A DNA stretch of 64,000 nucleotides from an uncultured bacterium (GCA_938028835.1 CALIMJ010000006.1:145710-209709), one strand, 5' to 3'; shown: positions 10,702 to 21,503, counted from the stretch's first letter. The notes: generated by a model from the letters alone, not told the origin. Numbers and translations are program-made.

Positions 10702-10965
10702 ATGAGCCCGGTGGCTGAGCTCGTCAACGACGCCTTCTACCTCTACGGCCTCGTCCTCCTCGCACGGGTGCTCTCCAGCTGGATCCCCGGACTGGACCCA
10801 CGGACACCCGCGGTGCGGCTGCTCGTCAGCCTTACGGAACCCGTGCTGGCCCCCCTCCGTCGCGCGCTCCCCCCGGTCGGCGGGCTGGACCTTTCGCCCG
10901 TGGTGGCCTTCCTCCTGCTGGAGGTCGTCCGGCGGCTGACAGTCACCTTCCTGGCTGGCCTGTAG
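10702..10965 (+). CDS. yggT: YggT family membrane protein
   Basis: 87 aa reading 'LYGLVLLARVLSSWIP...PVLAPLRRALPPVGGLDLSPVVAFLLLEVV', the YggT/Ycf19 signature. Confidence 0.75.
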   Translation: MSPVAELVNDAFYLYGLVLLARVLSSWIPGLDPRTPAVRLLVSLTEPVLAPLRRALPPVGGLDLSPVVAFLLLEVVRRLTVTFLAGL

Positions 10966-11002
10966 CTTCCACGCGGGGACGCGCCCGGTTCGCTTCCCTC
11001 GC

Positions 11003-11897
11003 TTACAGTAACAGCCACAGGATGGCGCTCACGGTGGCGAAGCTGACCAGGGTGGTGGTGAATACCGCGCTGGCCACGAACCGGGGGTCGCAGTCAAACT
11101 CCGACGCGAACAGGAAGGTGTTCACCGCCGCCGGCATGGCGGCCACCAGCACGAACACCTGCCGGGCCACGGCCTCCAGGCCCAGCAGGGATGCGATCCC
11201 TACCGCCAGAAGCGGCGAGGCCCCTAGCCGCAGCGCGCCCGCGGCCACCAGGTCCCCGGAAGCCTGTACGCCGCCGCCCTGCGCCAGCTGGATTCCCAGG
11301 GTCACCACCAGCAGGGGGATGGCTCCTGAAGCCAGGATGGCCACCGTGCGGTCCAGCCACTCGGGGACCTTCCAGCCCGTAGCCACCACCCCCAGGGCCA
11401 GCACCACCGCGTAGACCAGGGGCAGGCGCAGCATGTCCGCCACCGCGCGCCTCAGACCGCCCCTGCTGGCCCAGGCGGCGGTGACCCCGGCGATGAAGTT
11501 CCCCAAGGTGGCGTTCACCACGAACACCAGGGTGGCGGCCTGGAAGCCCGGCTGCCCGAAGGCGAACAGGGACACCGGCAGTCCGTAGTTTCCCGCGTTG
11601 TAGTGGAAGGTGGGCAGCACAAAGGCAGCCCGCCGGGCACCCCGCAGGCCCAGCACTGCCGAGACCGCCAGGCCGAGCACCACCATGGCCACGAGGTGGG
11701 CCACGCACGCGGCCAGCAGACGGGGTGCGGTACCGGAGGTGAGCGGCGAGCGCGTGAGGGACTGGAACACCAGGGCCGGCGCGAACAGGTACATGGAGAC
11801 GGGCGCCAGGGAGGAGACCTCCACCGGCCGGTAGCGCCCCAGCAGGTAACCGGTGAGCACCAGCAGGAGCACAGGGCCGACGACGTTCAGCAGCACG
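11003..11897 (-). CDS. AEC family transporter (auxin-efflux-carrier/malate-permease-like)
   Basis: About 298 aa, ten hydrophobic segments, N-terminus 'LLNVVGPVLLLVLTGYLLGR'. The 486-aa ORF N-extension is treated as spurious; GTG start near 11897. Confidence 0.7.
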
Positions 11898-12033
11898 GCC
11901 GCCGCACCCTGAGCCCCGCATCCCGCACGTCCCCCCGCTGCCGTGCCCCAAGCACGGCCACGCCACCCAGGCGGTCCCGGGCGGGGTCTGGGGTTTTTCC
12001 GTTGGGTCGGCCGGCCACGCTCCGCGGGTCCGG

Positions 12034-12504
12034 CTACGGGCGGGTCCGCCCTGAAGCGGCCCTGCGCTTGCCGCGCGGCCGCGTCACAGGCGCGGCCGCC
12101 TTGGGAAGCCGTTCCTCCTCCCACGTGACGATGCTGTGGAAGTACACCCGGTCTCCCTCGTCCAGGCCCCGGGTCACTTCGGTGATGTGGACGTTCTTGG
12201 CCCCGAACTCTCCGAGGGCGTACTCCACCGCAGCCTCCGGCTTCGCGTCCTCGCCGCAGGTGTAGATATCCAGGGCCACGTAGCCCGTCTCCGGCCACGT
12301 GTGCACGGACAGGTGGGACTCCGAGATGACCACCACGCCGCTCACACCCACGGGGGAAAACCGGTGGAAGGAGATGGCCCAGATCTGCACGCCGGCTACC
12401 TCCGCGGCCCGGGTGAGGATCTGCTCCACCCGTTCCACCTTGCTGATGACCTCCGGGTCGCACCCCGAGGCTTCCACGATGTAGTGGTGTCCCAGCGTGT
12501 CCAT
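12034..12504 (-). CDS. speH: S-adenosylmethionine decarboxylase proenzyme (SpeH, pyruvoyl type)
   Basis: 'MDTLGHHYIVEASGCD...VVISESHLSVHTWPE...DIYTCG' includes the ES-S self-cleavage site typical of Bacillus-type SpeH. Confidence 0.88.
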   Translation of the reverse strand: MDTLGHHYIVEASGCDPEVISKVERVEQILTRAAEVAGVQIWAISFHRFSPVGVSGVVVISESHLSVHTWPETGYVALDIYTCGEDAKPEAAVEYALGEFGAKNVHITEVTRGLDEGDRVYFHSIVTWEEERLPKAAAPVTRPRGKRRAASGRTRP

Positions 12505-12764
12505 CGGCGCCCTCCGTGTCGCGGTCTCAACCCCCAAACGCACACGTCCCCGGGCGCCGCGGCCGCCGCGCCCAGGGACGCTTCGCTTTGATCAGCACCC
12601 ATGCTAGGGACTGTGGGGCCCGGGGTCAAGAGAGCGCCGGAACGTTGGCGCGACGACGCGGCGAGCTCCAGCGCGCAGCCGACGGCCAGGCGTACGGAAG
12701 CCACGGGGTCGCGCCCAAAGAAGCCGGTCAGCAGGTCGTGACACCGGCCGCGTACAATGCGGTT

Positions 12765-13715
12765 GTGGCTGGGGACCGATACGTCCTCGCCGCGACGGCC
12801 GTGGCTGTCCTCGTCGGCTGCGCGGTGACCCTGCGCACCGGCCCGGTGGTCCTTTCGGGGATCTACGTGGCCGACGCGGCAGGGAACTCCGTCAGCGTGT
12901 ACCCGCTGGACGCGTCCGGGGACGCACCCCCCGCGCGCTTCATCGCCGGGCCGTTCTCCCGGCTGCAGACGCCCGTCAGCCTGGTGCTGGACTCCTCCGA
13001 CCACCTGTACGTGGCCAGCGTGTCCAGGAACCGCATCACCGTGTACGGTCCCGGTGCGGTGGGGAATGCCGGTCCGGTGCGGGTGGTGGAGGGACCCGAC
13101 ACCCTCCTCTCAGGTCCGTCCGGCGTTACCCTGGACGCCTTCGGCCGTCTGTACGTGGCGAACGCCGCACCGTCCCGGCTCACCGTGTACCCCGCGGGCG
13201 CGAACGGCAACGTCCGTCCCGTGCAGGTGGTGGAAGGAGGGCGGACCCTGCTGGCGGCGCCGCGCGGGATCGCCCTGGCGGGTGGGGAGCTGTTCGTGGC
13301 CAACTCCTCGGCCAACTCCACCCTGGTGTTCGACGCCTCGGCCTCCGGGGACGTCCCGCCCGTGCGGCAACTGTCAGGGGCTCTCACGGGGCTGTTCGAG
13401 CCGGCCGCGGTGGCCGTGGACACCTTCGGCTTCCTCTACGTGGCCAACGCGGCGGGAAACTCGGTGACCGTGTACCGGTCGACTGCATCCGGGAACGTCC
13501 CGCCGGAAAGGCGCCTCGCCGGCCCCGCCACCCGCCTTTCCACGCCTCGGGGCCTGGTGGTGGATCCCGCCGGCCTGCTGGTGGTGGCCAACGCGGGAGG
13601 TGACTCGGTCACCATCTACGCTCCCGCCGCCTCCGGCGATACCCCTCCGCTCCGTACCCTCTCGGGACCCCGGACGCAGCTCCAGTTGCCCTGGGGCGTG
13701 GCGGTGCGGCCGTGA
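12765..13715 (+). CDS. NHL-repeat (beta-propeller) lipoprotein
   Basis: N-terminal lipobox 'AVAVLVGC', then six repeats of the form 'LxxPxGVAxDxxGxLYVANxxxNSVTVY'. Confidence 0.7.
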   Translation: MAGDRYVLAATAVAVLVGCAVTLRTGPVVLSGIYVADAAGNSVSVYPLDASGDAPPARFIAGPFSRLQTPVSLVLDSSDHLYVASVSRNRITVYGPGAVGNAGPVRVVEGPDTLLSGPSGVTLDAFGRLYVANAAPSRLTVYPAGANGNVRPVQVVEGGRTLLAAPRGIALAGGELFVANSSANSTLVFDASASGDVPPVRQLSGALTGLFEPAAVAVDTFGFLYVANAAGNSVTVYRSTASGNVPPERRLAGPATRLSTPRGLVVDPAGLLVVANAGGDSVTIYAPAASGDTPPLRTLSGPRTQLQLPWGVAVRP

Positions 13716-13719
13716 GGCG

Positions 13720-14172
13720 TCAGCGGACCAGCCACCGGAAACCGGCCACCGCGCCCGTGCTCACCGCCGTCACCAAAACTCCCGCCCCCACCACGCCCAG
13801 CGCCACCGCGCCCCAGGCGCGCAGCTTCGGCACCCCCAGCAGCCAGCCCAGCAGGGTCCCCGCGTAGGCTCCGGTGCCGGGCAGCGGCACCGCCACGAAC
13901 AGCGCCAAGCCCACCACCCCGTAACCGCGCACGTAGCCCTCGCCGCGGCGCCGGACCCGCTCCACCTGCCGGCCCACCCAGGGCCACCGGGAAAGCCACC
14001 GCGCGTAGCACCAGTCCAAAAAGGCCCATCCCACCGGCACCACCAGGAGGTTGGCCGCGGTGCACACCGCGAAGCTCACCACGGGCGGGTGCCCAACCGC
14101 CACGGCCACTGGAATGGCGCCCCGCAGCTCCACCCACGGGACCAGGCTCAGGGCGGCCGCCCACCAAAGGTC
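13720..14172 (-). CDS. Small multidrug export-like membrane protein (COG2426-like)
   Basis: About 150 aa, four TM segments, reading 'LSLVPWVELRGAIPVAV...VPLPGTGAYAGTLLGWLLGV'. The ORF track N-extension is spurious. Confidence 0.5.
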   Translation of the reverse strand, partial: DLWWAAALSLVPWVELRGAIPVAVAVGHPPVVSFAVCTAANLLVVPVGWAFLDWCYARWLSRWPWVGRQVERVRRRGEGYVRGYGVVGLALFVAVPLPGTGAYAGTLLGWLLGVPKLRAWGAVALGVVGAGVLVTAVSTGAVAGFRWLVR

Positions 14173-14174
14173 GC

Positions 14175-15131
14175 TCACCGGGCGCTCCGGATGCGGGCGC
14201 GCCGCGACTGCCGGCGCTGCTCCGCCTGTTCCCACCGCCGTCGCTCGGCCTCGGTCTGCGGCTGGTACGGAGGGAGGGGCCGCGGCCGGCCCGCGAAATC
14301 CGTGTGCACCAGGGTGACGAAGGTGCTGCAGGTATGGCGGACCTCCCCGGACAGCGGGTCCTCGCTGAGCACGCGCACACCCACCTCCATGGAACTGGAT
14401 CCCACGTGGTTGAGGGCAGCGCGGTAGTGGACGATCTGCCCCACCCGGATGGGGTTCACGAAGTCCAGGGCGTCCACGGAGGCGGTGACCACCGGCCCCC
14501 GCGCGTAGCGCATGGCCACCATGGACGCCACCTCGTCCAGGTCCATCACCAGACGGCCCGCGAACATCAGGTTGCCCACGATGGCGTCCTCCGGGAACAC
14601 CACCCGGCACGTCTCCAGGTGGTGGCGGGGCGGGGGTTCTTCGGCTTCCGGCCGGCGCCGCTGCAACAAGCGGTTCAGACGTCGCTCCCGCCGCTGCCGG
14701 GCCTCGGCCTGCAGCCGCTCCTCCTCCGGGTCTGTGGGAACCACCTGCGCGCCCGTGGGCCGCGGCCGGCCCTCGGCGTCCACGGCGACGAATCCCAGAA
14801 ACGCCCGCGTAGCCAGGCGCCGGAGCCCCGTGGCGGGATCCTCCGCGTGGACCTCCACGTCCACCTCCATGGAGGAGCGGCCCGCGAGGGGGACCGTGGC
14901 CGCCAGCTGCACGATCTGCCCCGCCAGCACGGGGTGGAGGAAGTCCAGCTCGTCCATGGAGCCCAGCACCACCAACCCCCGCGCCAGCCGGGAAGCCGCG
15001 AGGGTCCCTACCGTGACGATCCAGCTCATCATGCGGCCGCCGTAGAGCGAGCCGCGGGCGTTGGTGTGCTCGGGGAACACCATCTCCACGGTCTCCGCGC
15101 GGGTCTGCGCCACGCTCAGGGAGCGGATCAT
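14175..15131 (-). CDS. Acyl-CoA thioesterase with tandem hotdog domains
   Basis: Two repeats of 'VFPExxNxxGxLxGGRxMxxxDxxAxxxAxR' with DxxD motifs (BFIT/Acot7-like). Confidence 0.75.
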   Translation of the reverse strand: MIRSLSVAQTRAETVEMVFPEHTNARGSLYGGRMMSWIVTVGTLAASRLARGLVVLGSMDELDFLHPVLAGQIVQLAATVPLAGRSSMEVDVEVHAEDPATGLRRLATRAFLGFVAVDAEGRPRPTGAQVVPTDPEEERLQAEARQRRERRLNRLLQRRRPEAEEPPPRHHLETCRVVFPEDAIVGNLMFAGRLVMDLDEVASMVAMRYARGPVVTASVDALDFVNPIRVGQIVHYRAALNHVGSSSMEVGVRVLSEDPLSGEVRHTCSTFVTLVHTDFAGRPRPLPPYQPQTEAERRRWEQAEQRRQSRRARIRSAR

Positions 15132-15138
15132 GGAGCCT

Positions 15139-16929
15139 TCAGAAGACGTCCCCGCTCCGCACGGAGCCCGCCTCCACCCGGGCCCACGCCCGGTACCAGG
15201 AGGTGATGGGAAGCCTGCGATCCCGTCCGAAGGCCTTGGGGGTGATCTTCACGCCCGGCGGCGCCTGCCGCCGCTTGTACTCGCTGCGGTCCACCATCCG
15301 CACCACTCGGGCCACCACCTCTGGGTCGAATCCCGCGCGGACGATGTCCTCGGGAGGGGTGTCCTGCTCCACGTACATCTCGAGGATGGGGTCCAGCACC
15401 TCGTAGGGCGGAAGGGTCTCCTGGTCGGTCTGGCCGGGCCGCAGCTCCGCCGTGGGCGGCCGGGTGAGTACGCCCTCCGGAATCACGGGGCCCTTCCCGT
15501 TGCGCCACCGGGCGAGAGCGTACACCAGCGTCTTCGGCACGTCCTTCAGTACCGCGAACCCGCCCGCCATGTCCCCGTACAGGGTCGCGTAGCCCACGCT
15601 GAGCTCGCTCTTGTTCCCGGTGGTGAGCACGATCCCGCCCAGCTTGTTGGTCAGGGCCATCAGGTAGTTGCCCCGGATCCGCGCCTGGAGGTTCTCCTCG
15701 GTGACGTCAGACGGCAGCCCCTGGAACGCAGACCGCAGGGCCTCCAGGTACGCTTCGAAGGGCTCCCGGATGGGGAGGGTCAGCAGGCGGATCCCCAGAT
15801 TGCGGGCCAGCTCCTCCGCGTAGCGGACGCTCTCCGAAGAGGTGAAAGGGGACGGCATGGACACCCCCACCACCGCCTCAGGGCCCAGGGCGTCCGTGGC
15901 CACCGTGGCCACCAGGGAGGAGTCCACCCCACCCGACAGCCCCACGAACACCTGGCGGAAGCCGTTCTTGCGCACGTAGTCCCGTGTGCCCACCACCAGG
16001 GCCCGGTACACCTCTTCCAGGTCTGGAAGGGGTTCCGCCACCACCGGGGCCACCGGCAGGGAGGGTTCCCGCAGCGGCACATCTACCACCACCGTAGGGC
16101 ACAGGGAGATGTCCCCTACGGGGAACCGCTCCGACTCGTCCACGCCGGTTCGCCGCGCCCGGTGGCGCCGCGCCGCGGCCACATCTAGGTCGCACACCAC
16201 CAGCGCCTCTTCGAACTGCGGCGCCCGCGCCAGCACCCGACCGTTCTGGTCCAGCACCACGCTGCCCCCGTCAAACACTAGCTCGTCCTGACCGCCCACG
16301 AGGTTCACGTAGCACAGCAGGACCCCGCAGTCGCGGGCGCGGGTCCGTAGCATCTCCTCCCGCTCCCGCCACTTGCCCCGGTGGTAGGGGGAGCCGTTGA
16401 GGTTGAGCACCACCAGGGCTCCGGCCCGCGCCTGCACCGCGCAGGGCCCGTCGGGGAACCAGATGTCCTCGCAGATGTTCACCGCTACGGGCACGTCCCC
16501 CAGAAGGAACAGGGGCGCCTGCTGGCCGGGCGCGAAGTACCGCTTCTCGTCGAACACTCCATAGTTGGGCAGCAGTCGCTTGTGGTATACGCCCTGCACC
16601 CGACCCCCCGCGCACACCGCCGCCCCGTTGTACAGGTAGTTGGCCCGATCCGCAAACCCCACGACGACCACCACGTCGGTGGCGTGGCGGGCCACCTCCT
16701 GCACCGCAGCCAGGTTGGCCTCCACGAAGTCCGGCTTCAGGAGCAGGTCCTCGGGCGGGTAACCGGTGATCGCCAGCTCCGGGAACAGCACCACGTGGGC
16801 CTCCCGCTGGCGCGCCTGGTGGATCTGCTCCGCGATGCGGCGGACGTTCCCCTCCAGGTCCCCCACCACAGGGTTGATCTGCGCCAAAGCCACCCGCAGC
16901 CGCCGCATCCCGATAGCAGTATCCCGCAC
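15139..16929 (-). CDS. nadE: Glutamine-dependent NAD+ synthetase
   Basis: N-terminal CN-hydrolase domain ('LRVALAQINPVVGDL...') and C-terminal NAD synthetase domain with PP-loop 'GLSGGVDSS'. Confidence 0.9.
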   Translation of the reverse strand: MRDTAIGMRRLRVALAQINPVVGDLEGNVRRIAEQIHQARQREAHVVLFPELAITGYPPEDLLLKPDFVEANLAAVQEVARHATDVVVVVGFADRANYLYNGAAVCAGGRVQGVYHKRLLPNYGVFDEKRYFAPGQQAPLFLLGDVPVAVNICEDIWFPDGPCAVQARAGALVVLNLNGSPYHRGKWREREEMLRTRARDCGVLLCYVNLVGGQDELVFDGGSVVLDQNGRVLARAPQFEEALVVCDLDVAAARRHRARRTGVDESERFPVGDISLCPTVVVDVPLREPSLPVAPVVAEPLPDLEEVYRALVVGTRDYVRKNGFRQVFVGLSGGVDSSLVATVATDALGPEAVVGVSMPSPFTSSESVRYAEELARNLGIRLLTLPIREPFEAYLEALRSAFQGLPSDVTEENLQARIRGNYLMALTNKLGGIVLTTGNKSELSVGYATLYGDMAGGFAVLKDVPKTLVYALARWRNGKGPVIPEGVLTRPPTAELRPGQTDQETLPPYEVLDPILEMYVEQDTPPEDIVRAGFDPEVVARVVRMVDRSEYKRRQAPPGVKITPKAFGRDRRLPITSWYRAWARVEAGSVRSGDVF

Positions 16930-16951
16930 CGTGCAGCCTGGGAAAAGCGGC

Positions 16952-18322
16952 TCAGGCCAGCCCGCGCACCTCGTGCAGGAAACGGATGACGGCCTCCACC
17001 CCGCCCCACAGCAGCGGGAGGTTCACCTTCTCGTTGGGCGCGTGCAGGTTGTCGTCGGGAAGCCCGAACCCGGTGACCACCACCGGCTGCCCCAGGACCC
17101 GGCTGAACAGGTCCACCACGGGGACCGACCCGCCCGCGCGCACGAACCGGGCGGGCGCCCCGTAGGCGGCCGACCACGCGCGGGCCGCGGCCTGCACCGC
17201 GGGTTGTTCGGGCGAGACGACCCAGGGGCGCCCCGTGTGCAGCTTGCGGACCGCCACCTCGTAAGCCGGGTGGGCGTTGCGCAGCAGGTACCGCTCGAAG
17301 GCCCGGTACACCCGGTCCGGGTTCTGGTCCGGCACCAGCCGCATGCTCACCTTGGCCACGCACCGGGCGGGTAGCACCGTTTTGGCTCCGGGCCCGCTGA
17401 ACCCCCCGCCCATTCCGTGCACCTCCAGAGTAGGCCGCGCCCACAGCCGCTCCAGCAGGGAGTACCCTTCCTCCCCCACCGTGCCGCGCGCCCCGATGCT
17501 GCGGGCGAAGTCCTCCTCCCGGATGGGCAGGTCCCTCCAGGCGGCCCGCTCCGCCTCCGACGGCTCCCGCACCGGCCGGTAGAACCCCGGGATGCGGATC
17601 CTCCCGCGCCGGTCCCGCAGGGAGGCCAGCAGCCGCACCATCTCGTGGAAGGGGTTGGGTGCGGCTCCCCCGAAAGTCCCGGAGTGCAGGTCGCTAGAGG
17701 GCCCACGGATTTCGACCTCCGTGTACAGGATCCCCCGCAGCCCCACCGTGATGGACGGCACACCGGGCAGCACGAAGCCCGAGTCCATGACCAGGGCGCA
17801 GTCCGCCCGCAGGCGACGCCGGTGCCGGGGCACGTAGCGGGCGATCTCCAGCCCGCTGCTCTCCTCTTCCCCCTCCACCAGGACCTTGACGTTCACCGGC
17901 AGCCCGTCGGTGGCCAGCAGGCTTTCCAACGCGGTGAGGGTGGCGAACACGTGTCCTTTGTCGTCGGACGCCCCCCGCGCGTACAGGTTGTCCCCCCGCA
18001 CGGTGGGATCGAAGGGCGGGCTTTCCCACAGCTCCAGCGGGTCGGCGGGCTGCACGTCGTAGTGGCCATAGACCAGCACCGTGGGCGCGCCCGCTAGCCC
18101 CACCCACTCCCCGTACACCAGGGGATGCTGGCGCTGGGAGGGCACCACCTCCACCCGGCGCAGGCCCACCCGGCGCATGCGGTCGGCCAGCCAGCGGGCG
18201 GCGCGCTCGCAGTCCGGCCCGTGCTCCGGCAGCGTGCTCACGCTGGGGATGGCCAGCCACTCCTTGAGCTCCTCCAAAAAGCCCGCGCGGCGCTCTCTGG
18301 CGTAGGCGATGGCGCGTTCCAT
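16952..18322 (-). CDS. M20-family dipeptidase
   Basis: 456 aa with 'VLVYGHYDVQPADP', 'RGASDDKG' and 'LVEGEEESG', the M20 metal and catalytic motifs. Confidence 0.85.
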   Translation of the reverse strand: MERAIAYARERRAGFLEELKEWLAIPSVSTLPEHGPDCERAARWLADRMRRVGLRRVEVVPSQRQHPLVYGEWVGLAGAPTVLVYGHYDVQPADPLELWESPPFDPTVRGDNLYARGASDDKGHVFATLTALESLLATDGLPVNVKVLVEGEEESSGLEIARYVPRHRRRLRADCALVMDSGFVLPGVPSITVGLRGILYTEVEIRGPSSDLHSGTFGGAAPNPFHEMVRLLASLRDRRGRIRIPGFYRPVREPSEAERAAWRDLPIREEDFARSIGARGTVGEEGYSLLERLWARPTLEVHGMGGGFSGPGAKTVLPARCVAKVSMRLVPDQNPDRVYRAFERYLLRNAHPAYEVAVRKLHTGRPWVVSPEQPAVQAAARAWSAAYGAPARFVRAGGSVPVVDLFSRVLGQPVVVTGFGLPDDNLHAPNEKVNLPLLWGGVEAVIRFLHEVRGLA

Positions 18323-18622
18323 GAGCTCCTCCCCGCAGCCCTCTCACGGGCCGCCAGGGAGCAGTACGACTCCAAAGCAGCCGAACCCTTCCGCCCGAGA
18401 CCGGGCGAGCTCACCGCCGCCCGCTTCCCCAGCCCGAGCACGTGACGCCCCCTTCGGGGAAGCCTGGTGCCAGCGGGCGATGACGATAAACTGGGCAGAG
18501 GGACAACCCGGAATGGGGCCCAACTCCGCCTTGGAGGGAGTGGTTCGGGCCGACGGCGAAAAGGCCACGAGACGTGCGGGGCCAGCGGGGTTCAACCCGC
18601 CGGAGCCCTGAGGAGGAGAGCG

Positions 18623-19696
18623 ATGACCGACCGCGTGCTGGAGATGTTCCGCGAGCTCACGGAGACGCCGGGCGTGCCGGGATTCGAAGAGCCCGTCCGC
18701 GCGGTCCTGCGCAGGCACCTGAGCCCCCTGGGCGAGATCCTGCAGGACCGCCTGGGTAGCCTCGTGGCGCGCAAGGAGGGGACGCGGCCGCAGCCCAGGG
18801 TGATGCTGGCCGGTCACATGGACGAGATCGGGTTCCTCGTTACCCGCATCACCGACGAGGGCTACCTCAAGTTCCAGACCCTCGGCGGGTGGTGGTCGCA
18901 GGTCATGCTGGCCCAGCGGGTCTGTGTGTGGACGCGTCAGGGGCCGGTGCTGGGGGTCATCGGTAGCAAGCCGCCGCACCTGCTGGAGGAAGAGGAGCGC
19001 AAGAAGCCCGTGGACGTGAAGGACATGTACATCGACGTGGGCGCCTCCAGCCGCGAGGAGGCGGAGCGGTTCGGCATCCGCCCGGGCGACCCCGCGGTCC
19101 CCGACTCGCCGTTTACGGTCCTCCACAACCCCAAGCTGATGGTGGCCAAGGCGTGGGACAACCGGTTCGGCTGCGCCGTGGTGGTGGAGGTCCTCCGCGC
19201 CCTGCAGGAGGAAGCGCACCCCAACACCGTGTACGGCGTGTGCAGCGTGCAGGAGGAGGTGGGCCTGCGGGGCGCCCAGACCGCTTCCCACCTGGTGCAG
19301 CCCGACGTGGGGATCGCTCTGGACACGGGGATCGCGGGCGACACCCCCGGCGTGAAGCCGGACGAGGCGCAGGCCAAGCTCGGCAAGGGCCCCGTGATCC
19401 TGCTGTACGACGCCACCCTGATCCCCCACGTGCGGCTGCGGGACCTGGTGGTGGAGACCGCGGAGGCGGAGGGGATCCCCTACCAGTTCGACCGGGTGGC
19501 GCGGGGCGGCACGGACGCGGGCCGCATCCACACCTTCGGCGTGGGCGTGCCGTCCATCGTGATCGGAGCCCCGGTTCGCTACATCCACAGCCACAACGCG
19601 GTCCTGCACCGGGACGACTTCGAGGCCACCGTGCGGCTGGTGACCGCGGTGATCCGCCGGCTGGACGCCGCCACCCTGGAACGGTTGGTCAGCTGA
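18623..19696 (+). CDS. M42-family aminopeptidase (glutamyl aminopeptidase / CelM-like)
   Basis: 'MTDRVLEMFRELTETPGVPGFEEPVR...AGHMDEIGFLVT...VQEEVGLRGA'. RBS 'gaggaggag' upstream of the ATG at 18623. Confidence 0.85.
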   Translation: MTDRVLEMFRELTETPGVPGFEEPVRAVLRRHLSPLGEILQDRLGSLVARKEGTRPQPRVMLAGHMDEIGFLVTRITDEGYLKFQTLGGWWSQVMLAQRVCVWTRQGPVLGVIGSKPPHLLEEEERKKPVDVKDMYIDVGASSREEAERFGIRPGDPAVPDSPFTVLHNPKLMVAKAWDNRFGCAVVVEVLRALQEEAHPNTVYGVCSVQEEVGLRGAQTASHLVQPDVGIALDTGIAGDTPGVKPDEAQAKLGKGPVILLYDATLIPHVRLRDLVVETAEAEGIPYQFDRVARGGTDAGRIHTFGVGVPSIVIGAPVRYIHSHNAVLHRDDFEATVRLVTAVIRRLDAATLERLVS

Positions 19697-20538
19697 TGCC
19701 CTCTCCATCGTCCGGCGCGGGGCTGTGGCTGGCGCGGCTGGCCACCGGGGACAGCCGTCGGCGCTTCGGCCGCTACCTCCTGGCCGGTTGCGCCGCGGGC
19801 TTCCTCGCCACCGGGGCCGCACTGGGCTGGGAGCGGTGGTTCTTCTGGGCCATGCTGTGGGGGGCTGGGGTTTTCGTGCCCCTCCGCCTGGGCGTAGAGC
19901 TCGTCGGTGCCCGTGGCCAGCAGGTGCGCGCCAGCTACCGGGAACACTTTCCAGACCGCATCACCCCAGCGAACCTGCCGCTGGTGGCCCAAGGGGTGTA
20001 CGAGCGGGAGGTCCTGATGCCCCGTATCGTCACCCCACCGTACGCGGCCAAGGTCCACGAGGTGGTGGTGGCGGTGGGCCGGGCGGCTCTGACGCGGCCC
20101 GATCCCGGAGAGGTGCTGCGGCGCGCCGCCTGGCGTCTGGTGGGCGTGGCGGACGGGTGGATGGCGGAGATGCGGGCCGCGCGGGAAGCGGACCCTATGT
20201 CCACCAACATCCAGGCGCGCTGGCAGGGGGTACGGTCTCTGGCAGTTCTGGCCGCCGCGGCCCGGATCCTGGTCTCCCTATCCGAGGAGCTGTCCGGGCT
20301 GCCCTTCTCCGCGCCGGGCCTGGACGCGCAAAACGTACGCGCGTTCCTGGACGACGCCCTCGCCTACCTGGACCGCGCGGCCCTGGACCCCGACGTCCCG
20401 CCCTGGACCGGCGTGCTGCTGGGAGTGTGGACACCGGAGGCGGCGGAGCTACGCACGGCCTGGGACGTCTACCTGGAGGTCACCGGTCCGGCGCCTTCGC
20501 GCCTGGCTGCCGTGGTGGAGCAGCTGGTGGAAGGATGA
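19696..20538 (+). CDS. Hypothetical membrane-anchored protein
   Basis: Its ATG overlaps the M42 stop (TGATG). The N-terminus has two hydrophobic helices. No known motif. The next gene overlaps its stop (ATGA). Confidence 0.5.
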   Translation: MPSPSSGAGLWLARLATGDSRRRFGRYLLAGCAAGFLATGAALGWERWFFWAMLWGAGVFVPLRLGVELVGARGQQVRASYREHFPDRITPANLPLVAQGVYEREVLMPRIVTPPYAAKVHEVVVAVGRAALTRPDPGEVLRRAAWRLVGVADGWMAEMRAAREADPMSTNIQARWQGVRSLAVLAAAARILVSLSEELSGLPFSAPGLDAQNVRAFLDDALAYLDRAALDPDVPPWTGVLLGVWTPEAAELRTAWDVYLEVTGPAPSRLAAVVEQLVEG

Positions 20539-21503
20539 CCCTCTTCCTGACCGAGGCGGAAGTGGCGTCCTTGGTGTCGGTCCCGGAGCTGGTGGACGCG
20601 CTGGAGCAGGCTTTCCGAGACAAGGCGGCGGGGCTGGCGGCCAACGTACCCAGGGGCCGTGCCACCCTGCCCGGAGGCACCGTGCTGCACGTGATGTCCG
20701 CAGCCTGGGGCCCCGGGGGCGTCACCGGCCTGAAGGCGTACACCACCTCCCGGGAGGGCGGGCGGTTCCTGGTGCTGCTGTACGACGAGCGGGGCCGCCT
20801 GCTGGCCCTCCTCCAGGCAGACACCCTGGGCCAGCGGCGCACCGGCGCGGCCACGGGTCTTGCTACCCGCTACCTGGCCCGGGAGGACGCCCGCACCGTG
20901 GCGGTTCTCGGCGCTGGGTGGCAGGCCCGCACGCAGCTGGAGGCGGTGTGCGCGGTACGGTCCATCCAGCGCGCGTGGGTGTTCAGCCGGACGCCCGAAC
21001 GCCGCGAGCGGTTCGTACAGGAGATGAGCCGGCACTTAGGGCTGCCCGTCATCCCCGCCTCCTCCGCGGAGGAAGCGGTACGGGAGGCGGACGTGGTGTG
21101 CACCATCACCACCGCCCGCGACCCGGTCCTGCTGGGCCGCTGGCTTCGGCCCGGGGTGCACGTCAATGCCGCGGGCTCCAACTGGGCCCACCGCAGGGAA
21201 CTGGACGCGGAGGCGGTGGCCCAGGCACACCGGGTGGTGGTGGACGACCTCCCTCAGGCCAGGGTGGAGTGCGGGGACCTGATCCAGGCGGCCGCGGAGG
21301 GAGCCTTCCAGTGGGACCGCGCCGCGGAGCTGGGGGACGTGGTGGCAGGGAAGGTGCAGGGTCGCGCATCCGCGCAGGAGGTGACCCTGTTCTGCTCCCA
21401 GGGCATCGCCCTGGAGGACGTGGTGGCGGCACGCCTGGCCTACGAGCGCGCCCGCGCCCGGGGGGTCGGGCGCCAGCTGGACCTGGGACTGGACGGACCG
21501 TGA
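20535..21503 (+). CDS. Ornithine cyclodeaminase / mu-crystallin family protein
   Basis: 'LKAYTTSREGGRFLVLLYDE...VAVLGAGWQARTQLEAVCAVR...NAAGSNWAHRRELD' shows the Rossmann GxGxxA motif and the OCD family pattern. Confidence 0.8.
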   Translation: MTLFLTEAEVASLVSVPELVDALEQAFRDKAAGLAANVPRGRATLPGGTVLHVMSAAWGPGGVTGLKAYTTSREGGRFLVLLYDERGRLLALLQADTLGQRRTGAATGLATRYLAREDARTVAVLGAGWQARTQLEAVCAVRSIQRAWVFSRTPERRERFVQEMSRHLGLPVIPASSAEEAVREADVVCTITTARDPVLLGRWLRPGVHVNAAGSNWAHRRELDAEAVAQAHRVVVDDLPQARVECGDLIQAAAEGAFQWDRAAELGDVVAGKVQGRASAQEVTLFCSQGIALEDVVAARLAYERARARGVGRQLDLGLDGP